Shown here in pieces: positions 19,199-27,709 of a DNA stretch of 64,000 nucleotides (the first letter of the stretch is position 1; each line of letters starts with the position of its first letter). Position numbers and translations under genes: made by a program. The DNA lies in contig DASVHD010000016.1 of assembly GCA_036382775.1 (NCBI GenBank), forward strand, positions 8,323 through 72,322. The letters are read 5' to 3'. The notes below the pieces were generated by a model that did not search any database, had not been told where the DNA came from, and saw nothing but the letters and a program-made list of their open reading frames with translations. This DNA comes from a bacterium (GTDB lineage Bacteria; Hydrothermota; Tepidihabitantia; SM23-42; JAOAFX01).

Positions 19199-19234
19199 CG
19201 CAGCTCCTTGTTCATATATTGCAGATACCAATGG

Positions 19235-20542
19235 TCACGGTATGACCGTAATTCTCCCCGGATTTTTTTTGGTTACCCTGCCAATTACCGGCGATAAGTT
19301 CGGATACCTTTCCCAGAAAAACCCCAGTTTATCCTCAGGCAATACGACTGCCAATCCACCCGATGTTTCAGAACTGAAGATGAGCTTGCCAAGCAGAGAA
19401 TTTTTATCTTTTCTCCGCACGTTATTTGAAAAAGAACCAAGGTTCATGGAAATGCCTGGTTCCTCAACTCCTTTTTTCAAAACTTCCAGAACTCCTTTGT
19501 GCACAGGTATTTGAGAAAGCCGCAGTTCAATGCCCACCCTGCTCGCCTGCGCCATCTCTACCAAATGGCCCGCCAATCCATAGCCAGTAATATCGGTGGC
19601 AGCGTGAGTTCCTGCCTGCCTCATGGCAAGCGAGGCATCACGGTTCAAAGTAGTCATTGCTTCAACAACCTGCTGTAAATCAATCCCTTGGTCTTTTTTT
19701 TCGATAACCGATTGAATGATGGTCCCGGTACCGATTGGTTTGGTGAGTACAACCACATCCCCCGGTTGGGCTCCAGTATTGGTGATTATTCTATCCGGGT
19801 GAATATAGCCAAAAACCGCGAGCCCATATCTAATCTCGTTGGCAACAAAGGTATGCCCGCCAAGGATAGTGACTCCTGCTTCTTGTGCCCTTTCTTCGCC
19901 ACCAAGCAGAATTTGCCCTAATATTTCAGGATCGCCGTCCCCTGGAAAACCGATGATATTTAGACCGAGTTTTGGATCCCCGCCCATCGCGTAGATGTCA
20001 GAAATAGAATTCGCGGCCACAATCATACCATACACTTTTGGATCCGAGATAACGGGGGTGAGCATATCAACAGTAAAGACAACTGCGGAATTCTTACTTA
20101 TCCGATAGACACCTGCGTCATCAGCAGTATTAATGCCAACCAGAAGATTTTTATCCTTGCTCCGGGGGAGAATGGAAAGTGCTTGCGCCAACTGCGCAGC
20201 CGACATCTTTGACGCTCAACCCGGGCAGGTAATGGTCTCGAGAATATTGAATATCTCTCGTTTATAGTCTTTTTTGCAAAAGAGCCGACAGTGGCAATAA
20301 CCATCCTGCTCCACCTCATCATCCAGGGTCGGACAGGGGCATACGACATCGCATTCTCGATCTACCGGATGGTGTTGTTTGCAGGGGCAATAATATTTGC
20401 CATGCTCTTTCAGGTTATTGGTCATGAGCCCGATTATCTGTTCATCCCAATCCCGATTGGGATTTATTATAAATCCTTTCCTTTCGGCAATTTTTTTTAA
20501 CCGCTGATAGTTCATTTGACAATCATTATCATGTTCAAACAT
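19235..20542 (-). CDS. selD: selenophosphate synthetase SelD with in-frame UGA (selenocysteine) codon and an N-terminal FTR-catalytic-subunit-like domain (fusion)
   Basis: The track's ORFs 20216-20542 and 19235-20206 are in the same frame, separated by TGA(20216-20218)+GCG TCA AAG. ...ITCPG-U-ASKMSAAQL aligns to E. coli SelD GAGCGCKISPKVL with U at the catalytic Cys. The N-terminal 95 aa carry CPC-x13-CPC-x11-CHC. Strong RBS AAGGAG at the 20542 ATG. Confidence 0.7.
20181..20200 (-). ncRNA. SECIS-like stem-loop 16 nt 3' of the UGA in the selD mRNA
   Basis: mRNA GCUGCGC-AGUUG-GCGCA(A)GC: 7-bp stem with a bulged A and a 5-nt G/U-rich loop. Confidence 0.45.
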
Positions 20543-20648
20543 TTTTTCTCCTTAAATTTTCCGTGTCGGCAATAAGTTTGGGTGTTCCAAACTGACAACA
20601 AACACAATTAAAGATAATGATTTGGTTTTTCAATTCGATCTCAGCCTT

Positions 20649-21899
20649 TCATCTATCGAGCGACGTATCTTTATCTGAACCTTTGCCGCTGCTGAACTTT
20701 TTCAAATCTATGGCCATTCCAAGTATTTTCTGTTTTTCATTCTCGAAGAGTTGTTTATATTCTTTCTTAACTGAGGGTGCTCTGGGTATCTTTATGCTTA
20801 AAGGATTGACGGGCACATTGTTGATATGAAGCTCAAAATGGAGATGGGGACCGGTGCTTAGACCGGTATTCCCCGAATAGGCGATCAAATCACCCATTTT
20901 GACATATTTACCTACCTTTATGCCTGGGGCAATTTTTGAAAGATGACCATACCGCGTCAAATAATTATTCGGATGCTTAATCTCAACCAGGTTGCCGTAT
21001 CCCCCTTTCCAACCCGCATAGGTGATCTTTCCATCGCCGATCGAAGATACCGGAGTGCCGATCGGTGCAACATAATCAAGACCATGGTGAGGACGCCAGA
21101 TACGCAGGATCGGATGAAAACGGCGGTTAGAAAAATAGGAGCTTATCCGGCTGTAACGGAGCGGCGACTTAAGCAGCGATTTCCTTAAAGATTCGCCTTT
21201 CAAGCTGTAAAAATCATCATAACCTTCAGGATCGTCGAAATAGATGCCCGCGTAATCACCGACATAACCCTGATAGCGAACATAAAATATCTTCGGATAG
21301 CTTACCGAATTCGAATCGACAATTTCTTTCTCAACTAAGATTTCAAAGCTATCCCCATTCTGGGTCTCAGTGGAAAAATCTATCTCCCGGGCAAAAATGT
21401 CGGCAAAATTGTAAACCAGTTCTGGTGTTTCGCCCATCTTCAGCATCGTCTCGTAGAGCGAAGAATTGATCTTACCCCAAATAATAACCATGTGCCGTTC
21501 GATATAGGGGGAATGCATGTAGCAGATTAATCCCTGGGAATCTTTCTCGACAATATATTTTTCTTTCGGACTCATTGTATAGCAAAATTTTGAAAACTCA
21601 CCATTAATCCGCACGATATAGACCGAATCAGCGGGACGGCAGTACCGAAAGGGAAATTGGGATATTTTTAATTCATCGATAATTTGCAGGGCAAGTGAAC
21701 GATCAAGGCTCGTGCGGAAGAGAGCTGCCTGAAGGTGATCATTTCTCTTGATCTGTACAAACTCAGTCGTGACAACCGGCTGATGAATTTTTCCGGTGAC
21801 TTTATCTTCTTTTCTTCTGGAACAGCCTAAAATGAGAAGCGACAATAACAAAAGAAATTCAGCAAACCGAGTAAGAAGAAGGGGTCTCATCTTATGCAC
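20649..21899 (-). CDS. M23-family peptidase lipoprotein (copy 1)
   Basis: HHGLDY...GYGNLVEIKH...GHLS...GNTGLSTGPHLHFELH LytM/M23 motifs; lipobox LILGC. Confidence 0.75.
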   Translation of the reverse strand: MHKMRPLLLTRFAEFLLLLSLLILGCSRRKEDKVTGKIHQPVVTTEFVQIKRNDHLQAALFRTSLDRSLALQIIDELKISQFPFRYCRPADSVYIVRINGEFSKFCYTMSPKEKYIVEKDSQGLICYMHSPYIERHMVIIWGKINSSLYETMLKMGETPELVYNFADIFAREIDFSTETQNGDSFEILVEKEIVDSNSVSYPKIFYVRYQGYVGDYAGIYFDDPEGYDDFYSLKGESLRKSLLKSPLRYSRISSYFSNRRFHPILRIWRPHHGLDYVAPIGTPVSSIGDGKITYAGWKGGYGNLVEIKHPNNYLTRYGHLSKIAPGIKVGKYVKMGDLIAYSGNTGLSTGPHLHFELHINNVPVNPLSIKIPRAPSVKKEYKQLFENEKQKILGMAIDLKKFSSGKGSDKDTSLDR

Positions 21900-22135
21900 T
21901 TCCTATCATCAGCACAGGGTGGTTTTCCGCACCGCTCATTTTTGCCGCAGCAGGTCTTGTCTTTATTTAAGCCACCTGCCTTTGTGCTCAGCGGGACGTG
22001 GCTCTTTGAAAATATCCGGTTCAATTCCTTGCTGCCACAATATTGGCATTTAATCTCTGCATCGCCTTGTTCCATGCCGACTAGGAATTCGTTAATCGCA
22101 GCATAGAGTGCGCACCGGTATTCATAAATCGGCAT
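21887..22135 (-). CDS. FmdB-family zinc-ribbon protein (copy 1)
   Basis: MPIYEY-R-C... CQYCGSKEL; paralog of 26978-27226; its stop overlaps the next gene's start by 13 nt. Confidence 0.6.
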   Translation of the reverse strand: MPIYEYRCALYAAINEFLVGMEQGDAEIKCQYCGSKELNRIFSKSHVPLSTKAGGLNKDKTCCGKNERCGKPPCADDRKCIR

Positions 22136-22237
22136 CTGAATTCCCTTTATTTAACCCTTATATTGTATCTCACTAAACAATAATCTCCTCTTTTAGCACG
22201 ATCTACCATAACATCAAACAAATTTTCAATTACTGGT

Positions 22238-23407
22238 TCAGATCTTTTCAAGAGCCTGCTGTAAATCAAATATAATATCTTGGACATTTTCAATGCCAAC
22301 TGACAAGCGCACAAAACCCGGACTGATTCCGCATTTCTGTAAATCGTTTTCAGAATAGTTCGAATGGGTCATTGAGGCAGGATGCTCGATCAAAGTATCG
22401 ACATCTCCGAGACTCACCGCGAGGATGCACAATTTGACTGAATTCATGAGAACCTTCCCCGCTTCTTTCCCGCCCTTCATATCAAAACCAATCATGCCGC
22501 CGAAATCACTCATCTGTTTCCTGGCGGTCCCGTGTCCGGGATGATCTGGCAAACCAGGGTAATATACTTTTTCAACCCTGGGCTGGCTTGTGAGAAACTG
22601 AACAATTCTTTTTGCGTTTTCGCAATGACGGGTCATCCGCACGGCGAGTGTTTTCAATCCTCTTAAAATCAGCCAGGCATTGAAAGGCGATGCCGTTGCA
22701 CCCATTTCTTTAGCAGTCTCGGCCTGCATTCTCGCGATAAAATCCCCCTTGCCGACAACCATGCCGCCGACAATATCACCGTGCCCGCTCAAATACTTGG
22801 TTGCCGAATGGACCACGATGTCGGCCCCAAGTTCTATTGGTCGCTGGAGATATGGGGTCGCAAAAGTATTGTCCACACATACCGGGATATTACGGCTTCG
22901 GGCGATTTCAGAGCACCGTGCAATATCGATAATTTTGAGCGTAGGATTGACCGGCGTCTCAATAAATATCATTCGGGTGTTCGGTTTTATTGCTTTGTTT
23001 AATTCATCAATTTTCGTCGCATCAACAATAGTAACCTGAATGCCCAGGCGGGGCAGGATTGTGTTGAATAAAGCAAATGTGCCGCCGTAAATTGTATTGT
23101 CCGAGATGATGTAATCATTGCAGCCCGCGCAAGTTATGATCGTGGCTAAGATTGCGGCAAGACCAGAAGAGAATACCAAACCGGACTCGGCTGACTCCAA
23201 CCGCGCAATTTTGCCTGCCAGAATGTCAATCGTGGGGTTGCTGATCCTTGTATAGATATATCCTTCTTCTTCATTTTTAAACAAACGCGCCCCGTGATCG
23301 GCATCGCGGAAGGCAAAAGTTGATGTCTGATAGATGGGCGGCGAGATCGCACCGGTTGATTTATCCGGGTGCTGACCACCATGAACGATATCGGTCTCAA
23401 TACGCAT
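22238..23407 (-). CDS. Cys/Met-metabolism PLP-dependent enzyme, methionine gamma-lyase-like (copy 1)
   Basis: Start chosen at MRIETDIVHGG by alignment with paralog 33853-35022; ...SATKYLSGHGD... PLP-Lys region. Confidence 0.75.
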   Translation of the reverse strand: MRIETDIVHGGQHPDKSTGAISPPIYQTSTFAFRDADHGARLFKNEEEGYIYTRISNPTIDILAGKIARLESAESGLVFSSGLAAILATIITCAGCNDYIISDNTIYGGTFALFNTILPRLGIQVTIVDATKIDELNKAIKPNTRMIFIETPVNPTLKIIDIARCSEIARSRNIPVCVDNTFATPYLQRPIELGADIVVHSATKYLSGHGDIVGGMVVGKGDFIARMQAETAKEMGATASPFNAWLILRGLKTLAVRMTRHCENAKRIVQFLTSQPRVEKVYYPGLPDHPGHGTARKQMSDFGGMIGFDMKGGKEAGKVLMNSVKLCILAVSLGDVDTLIEHPASMTHSNYSENDLQKCGISPGFVRLSVGIENVQDIIFDLQQALEKI

Positions 23408-23556
23408 TATCGCCTCGGGTTCGGCAAAGATGGGAAGAAAAAGGCTTCCCCTGATCAGATGCAATGGCAAGCTTGTTTAGGACATATCCTTTGTCTTCCC
23501 CCATCTCTGATGGTTTTTTGTAATCCTGCCGGTAAACTTCGTCTTCTTTATATTCT

Positions 23557-23832
23557 TTATACATCCTTTTTCTCCAGTTCTTCCATGCGTTTTTGCAATT
23601 CTTGCTTCTCTTTGGTCAAAGCCTCGAGTTCCGCCTTCAAATCCTCGGCCGTGGGTTCCGGCGGAATTATTCCGTGGTGCAGACTGCGTCCATGGACAAG
23701 TCTGCCGTTTCGGTCTTGATAGAATGCATGCGGGCCAGTGCTACAGCGACATGGCCCGACATATGTATATCCCGATGGGATGATCGTTTCTGGCCACCGA
23801 CATCTGTTCCAGCTTCTTCCATATCCATACAT
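23557..23832 (-). CDS. DUF5320-like protein (Gly/Arg/Cys-rich N-terminus plus coiled coil)
   Basis: GPCRCSTGPHAFYQD followed by EDLKAELEALTKEKQELQKRMEELEK; from memory this family co-occurs with DUF134/NifX-like/Mrp genes. Confidence 0.45.
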   Translation of the reverse strand: MYGYGRSWNRCRWPETIIPSGYTYVGPCRCSTGPHAFYQDRNGRLVHGRSLHHGIIPPEPTAEDLKAELEALTKEKQELQKRMEELEKKDV

Positions 23833-23833
23833 T

Positions 23834-24034
23834 TCAGACTCCTTTCTTTTTTTCTTCTATTAACTGATGATGGTAAGAGCATTCTCGGACCATCTTTGAC
23901 CCGCACTGGGGACATTTTTCTTCTCGGCATGGCACCCCTGCTTCATGCGATTGCTTAAAGCCACGTTTCGGACAGACACAAAATCCATTAGGCACTGTTA
24001 CCACGGGACCCCCTAATATTGTTTTTTCTTTCAA
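23834..24034 (-). CDS. small CxCPxCG...CPxCG zinc-ribbon protein (TTG start); paralog of the C-terminal extension of 27710-28183
   Basis: FCVCPKRGF...[31 protein letters not shown] versus FCLCPKCGE...[31 protein letters not shown]. Confidence 0.5.
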   Translation of the reverse strand: MKEKTILGGPVVTVPNGFCVCPKRGFKQSHEAGVPCREEKCPQCGSKMVRECSYHHQLIEEKKKGV

Positions 24035-24334
24035 TAAACTTGCTCTCTGCTCTTGCGAGAAGTTCGCCGTTTGATGACAATTCTGCTTTCAACTTATATA
24101 AAGAATAGCCGGCAGATATAACCCAAGCTTTAATGAACAAAGATGAATCACAGGGCACCGGTTTTATGAATCGGACAACAAGTTCTGCGGTTCGGGCTTC
24201 AACATTACGGCTGAACAGGCAATATGTCATCGCGCAATCTAATAAAGAGCTGATGATTCCTCCATGCATTAGTCCTTTATACCCTTGCAGATTACGGTTC
24301 CCTTAAAAAATCGTGGTGACGTTTCCTGTTTCAT
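23988..24334 (-). pseudogene. hotdog-fold (PaaI-like) thioesterase, apparently frameshifted or N-terminally truncated
   Basis: ...GLMHGGIISSLLDCAM... core; an in-frame stop 12 codons upstream; a short ORF MKQETSPRFFKGTVICKGIKD sits in another frame overlapping the start. Confidence 0.3.
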
Positions 24335-24473
24335 CCAAATTGAATTTCAAGTGAAATGATAATTCATTGTTGGATCCACACATAATGCATTCTTTATGCG
24401 AATCGGGAATCGAAACCGGGCCGCGTTTTTCATTGCTCATAGGTGTCCCCCCATAGGCTTCCCGCTATACGAA

Positions 24474-25016
24474 TTACGGCACCAGAACCGCAGCCGCAAG
24501 AACGGTGGTCCAAAGACCGTACTTCTCGCCGATCGCGGTCTGGCTGATGTTCATGGTTTTCACGATTTTAGTGGAAATTTTCCAGATTTCCTTTCTTTCA
24601 TCATAACTGACATCCGGTTCAAACGGCACGCCCAGAGTCGTGGCAAGCATTTGCGCCGCCAGATCTTCGGCTTTATCTCCGGAATTTGTTTCGGTCTCGC
24701 CATAAGAGTGGTATTCGGAAAGATAACCGTACTGGGACCGCTCCGCGGGAACCGCGACTCCGATTGACGCGGCGATCAGCCGGTATGGTTCATTGGTGCT
24801 GCATTCGGCAATAACCGCGTAGACGATCTCGCCCGGCGAGAGATATTGAAGACCTTTGAACCGGGAAAGGATTTTTGCTCCCGGCGGCAGGATGCTCGAT
24901 ACGCGAACGATATTAAAAGGGGCGGTACCGGCGTCACGGAGAGCGGCCTCGAAACTGGCTAGCTTCTCCTTGTGCCGGCCGGCGCCTTTCGTCAGAAAAA
25001 TTCTTTTAGGTATAAT
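24474..25016 (-). CDS. pdaD: pyruvoyl-dependent arginine decarboxylase PdaD, with non-canonical start (ATT at 25014-25016, or ATA at 25011-25013)
   Basis: Not in the ORF track. Translation IIPKRIFLTKGAGRHKEKLASFEAALRDAGTAPFNIVRVSSILPPG... (Ser-Ser self-cleavage site); no ATG/GTG/TTG in frame near the N-terminus; GGAG 7 nt upstream of the ATT. Confidence 0.65.
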   Translation of the reverse strand: MIPKRIFLTKGAGRHKEKLASFEAALRDAGTAPFNIVRVSSILPPGAKILSRFKGLQYLSPGEIVYAVIAECSTNEPYRLIAASIGVAVPAERSQYGYLSEYHSYGETETNSGDKAEDLAAQMLATTLGVPFEPDVSYDERKEIWKISTKIVKTMNISQTAIGEKYGLWTTVLAAAVLVP

Positions 25017-25051
25017 GATTACGCTCCGTTTTCATATCTATCATACACTTC

Positions 25052-26137
25052 TCAAATAATCTTTTTAAGGGCATCGATCAACCGGCGGTTCTGACTCTCG
25101 GTGCCGACCGTAATCCGCAGGGCATTGGGAAAACCGTATTCTTTAATCGGGCGGGTAATGATACCCCTTTTTTGCAATTCTTCAAAGACAATTTGACTGT
25201 TTTTATCGAAATCGACGAAGATGAAGTTCCCATAAGTCGGCAGATAAAAAAGTCCCAGTCTTTTGTAAACATCGAAAAGAAATTCTTTGCCTGCCTCGTT
25301 TACTTCTTGTCCTTGTTTCACATGATCAAAATCCTCAAGCGCGGCGATTCCCGCGGCCTGGGAAATTCTGTTGACATTGAAAGAAATCCTCAATTTCATC
25401 AGATTTGAAATTATTTCTCTTTTCGCAAATCCATAACCCAGTCGAGCGCCAGCCAGCCCGTAGATCTTGGAAAAGGTCCGCAGGATCAGCATATCCTTCC
25501 CGGCGCGGAAATAATTGAATGAGCTTGGATAATCCGGGTCGGATATGTACTCATAATAGGCTTCATCCATGATCACCAGCACATCTGACGGCAGTTGCCT
25601 GAAAAAATCATTAACTTCGGCCTTGGTGACCATCGTGCCGGTAGGATTATTGGGATTGTCAATATAGATCAGTTTTGTATCCTTTTTTACGGCCATAAGC
25701 ATGCTTTTTAAATCATGGGTATAATGCTTCATCGGCACTTCAATTAATCGGGCACCGGCAATACTGACGGCAATCTTAAACCAGATGAATGCCCCCTCGC
25801 TCGTGATCGCGCTGTCGGCCGGATCAAGGTAGGCTAAAGCAGCGAGCAGCAGAATTTCAACCGAACCGTTGCCAATAATGGTCGCTTCCGGGTCAACCTG
25901 GAATCTCCGGGCCAAGACATTCCTTAATTTACAACAGTTGTCATCCGGGTAAAGAAAGCATTCATTTATCGCCTTTTGCATGGCTTTGATCGCCAGCGGA
26001 GATGTACCCAGCGGATTTTCATTGGAGGCGAGTTTAATCACATCTCCTTTCAGGTTCAGCTCCCGAATCACTTCCTCTATGGGCTTGCCCGGTTTGTAAG
26101 GTCTTATTCTCTTGACTAAATCTCTCGCTTCAATCAT
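25052..26137 (-). CDS. hisC: histidinol-phosphate aminotransferase-like class II aminotransferase
   Basis: LASNENPLGTSPLA motif; ~360 aa. Confidence 0.65.
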   Translation of the reverse strand: MIEARDLVKRIRPYKPGKPIEEVIRELNLKGDVIKLASNENPLGTSPLAIKAMQKAINECFLYPDDNCCKLRNVLARRFQVDPEATIIGNGSVEILLLAALAYLDPADSAITSEGAFIWFKIAVSIAGARLIEVPMKHYTHDLKSMLMAVKKDTKLIYIDNPNNPTGTMVTKAEVNDFFRQLPSDVLVIMDEAYYEYISDPDYPSSFNYFRAGKDMLILRTFSKIYGLAGARLGYGFAKREIISNLMKLRISFNVNRISQAAGIAALEDFDHVKQGQEVNEAGKEFLFDVYKRLGLFYLPTYGNFIFVDFDKNSQIVFEELQKRGIITRPIKEYGFPNALRITVGTESQNRRLIDALKKII

Positions 26138-26138
26138 A

Positions 26139-26990
26139 TTATTTCTCTTTATCTTTAATAGGCCTTATTCTTTCGTCTATTGAGCGGCATATCCTTTCCA
26201 GGATCTTTGCCGCTTCGGCATCCGGATACATTTCGACAAATGGTCTACCATTATCAGTGGTCTCGACGATCCGCGGGTCTAAAGGGACTTGTCCTAAAAA
26301 TGGCACACCCATTTCCCTGGCGGCTTTCTCGCCCCCGCCGGACTTAAAGAGATCGATTTTGGTGCCACAGTTAGGACAGCTCAAACCGCTCATGTTTTCC
26401 AACATGCCAAGGACTGGAACGGAAAGCTGCTGGAGAAACCGGACGCATTTGCGTGAATCAAGCAGGGCAATATCCTGAGGTGTGGTAACGATGATCGCGC
26501 CGGTCAGCTTATTTATCATCTGGCATATGGAAAGCGGCTCATCACCCGTGCCCGGGGGCGAATCAATGATCAAATAGTCAAGTTTACCCCAGTTTACTTC
26601 GGCAAGGAACTGCCTCAAAACGCCCATTTTCATCGGTCCCCGCCAGATTACCGGCATATCGGTATTCTGAAGCAGGGAAGCCATGGAAAAGGCAACAAGA
26701 TTAGGATTAATTTGAAACGGAACCATTCCCTCAGTATCCATCTGCAGCTCTTTGCCTTCAAAACCGAGCATTTTTGCGACCGAAGGGCCATGGATATCCG
26801 CATCAAGCAACCCCACTTTTGCTCCCCGGCGGCTCAGACAAGCCGCTATATTGATAGCCACAAAACTTTTGCCGACCCCGCCCTTGTTGGATAAAACCAG
26901 TATCTTCGCCAAGATTTGCGCCATATTCTTGGCTAACATCGCTTCCAGGCGTTTCAGGTCATTTTCTTTATCACTACTCATCTTCTGCAC
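26139..26990 (-). CDS. Mrp/NBP35 (ApbC) family Fe-S cluster carrier ATPase
   Basis: SNKGGVGKSFVAINIAACL P-loop; C-terminal CPNCG. Confidence 0.8.
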   Translation of the reverse strand: MQKMSSDKENDLKRLEAMLAKNMAQILAKILVLSNKGGVGKSFVAINIAACLSRRGAKVGLLDADIHGPSVAKMLGFEGKELQMDTEGMVPFQINPNLVAFSMASLLQNTDMPVIWRGPMKMGVLRQFLAEVNWGKLDYLIIDSPPGTGDEPLSICQMINKLTGAIIVTTPQDIALLDSRKCVRFLQQLSVPVLGMLENMSGLSCPNCGTKIDLFKSGGGEKAAREMGVPFLGQVPLDPRIVETTDNGRPFVEMYPDAEAAKILERICRSIDERIRPIKDKEK

Positions 26991-27226
26991 TTCCCATCAC
27001 CAGAACAGGGCGGCTTTTCGCAGCGATCATCCCGACCGCAACAAGTCTTACCTTGTTGTGATCCGATCGCACGTCCGCCCACGGCAACATTACTTTTAGA
27101 AAGTATCCTATTCAATTCTTTACTGCCACAATACTGGCATTTAATTGCTATGTCACCCTGTCCTATGCCAATAAGAAATTCGTTTATCGCATTACAGTGT
27201 TTGCATTGGTATTCATAAATAGGCAT
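26978..27226 (-). CDS. FmdB-family zinc-ribbon protein (copy 2)
   Basis: MPIYEYQCKHCNAINEF...CQYCGSKEL; 13-nt overlap with the next gene, as in copy 1. Confidence 0.6.
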   Translation of the reverse strand: MPIYEYQCKHCNAINEFLIGIGQGDIAIKCQYCGSKELNRILSKSNVAVGGRAIGSQQGKTCCGRDDRCEKPPCSGDGKCRR

Positions 27227-27315
27227 ATGGACTTTGCGTTATCGCGCTGGTCTCATATATATCTCCTTGGCTCAAGCCTTCATTAGATGAACAATTAATA
27301 GGGGACCAAGGGACC

Positions 27316-27705
27316 TTACTTTACCTCCGGCTCGTTGTGAGAGCAACCGAGTTCCGGTCGGTTCACCAGATTGCCGTTCAGGAAGAGTTTCAGCGCATTT
27401 TCAACGTCTTCTATCTCTGTAATAAATGCTTCGATCTTTGCGTTGCTGAGATCGTCATAGATCCGTCTACCCATACCGTGCGATATGACAACCCCGCAAT
27501 CGCTAAGGGCCTCAAGAATGGGGGCGTGGCGGTCAAAGCTATGGTTTGAGCCTTCGAGACCCCGGGCATGACCCGTAAAAGTATTGTCGCGATACTCCTG
27601 TTTCTTGATCTCCATGCCTTCGATCTCAAAAATCACAAAACCTCGGGTTCGACCGAAATGTGAAGAAATAGTTTTCCCGTCATCAGATGCAATGGCAATC
27701 TTCAT
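27316..27705 (-). CDS. NifX/NifB-like dinitrogenase FeMo-cofactor-binding domain protein
   Basis: MKIAIASDDGKTISSHFGRTRGFVIFEIEG; RBS AAAGGAG before the ATG at 27705. Confidence 0.7.
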   Translation of the reverse strand: MKIAIASDDGKTISSHFGRTRGFVIFEIEGMEIKKQEYRDNTFTGHARGLEGSNHSFDRHAPILEALSDCGVVISHGMGRRIYDDLSNAKIEAFITEIEDVENALKLFLNGNLVNRPELGCSHNEPEVK

Positions 27706-27709
27706 AAAT

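Noticed and set aside
20204-20218. Alternative reading: TGA at 20216 is a true stop and SelD initiates at the ATG at 20206
   Set aside because: Kept as the less likely model. A SelD starting at 20206 would lack the conserved Gly-rich loop with the catalytic Cys/Sec, and the residues encoded upstream of the TGA align to that loop. There is only a weak RBS for the internal ATG.
24396-24767. 123-aa Arg-rich plus-strand ORF
   Set aside because: It is the antisense frame of the real pdaD gene on the minus strand.
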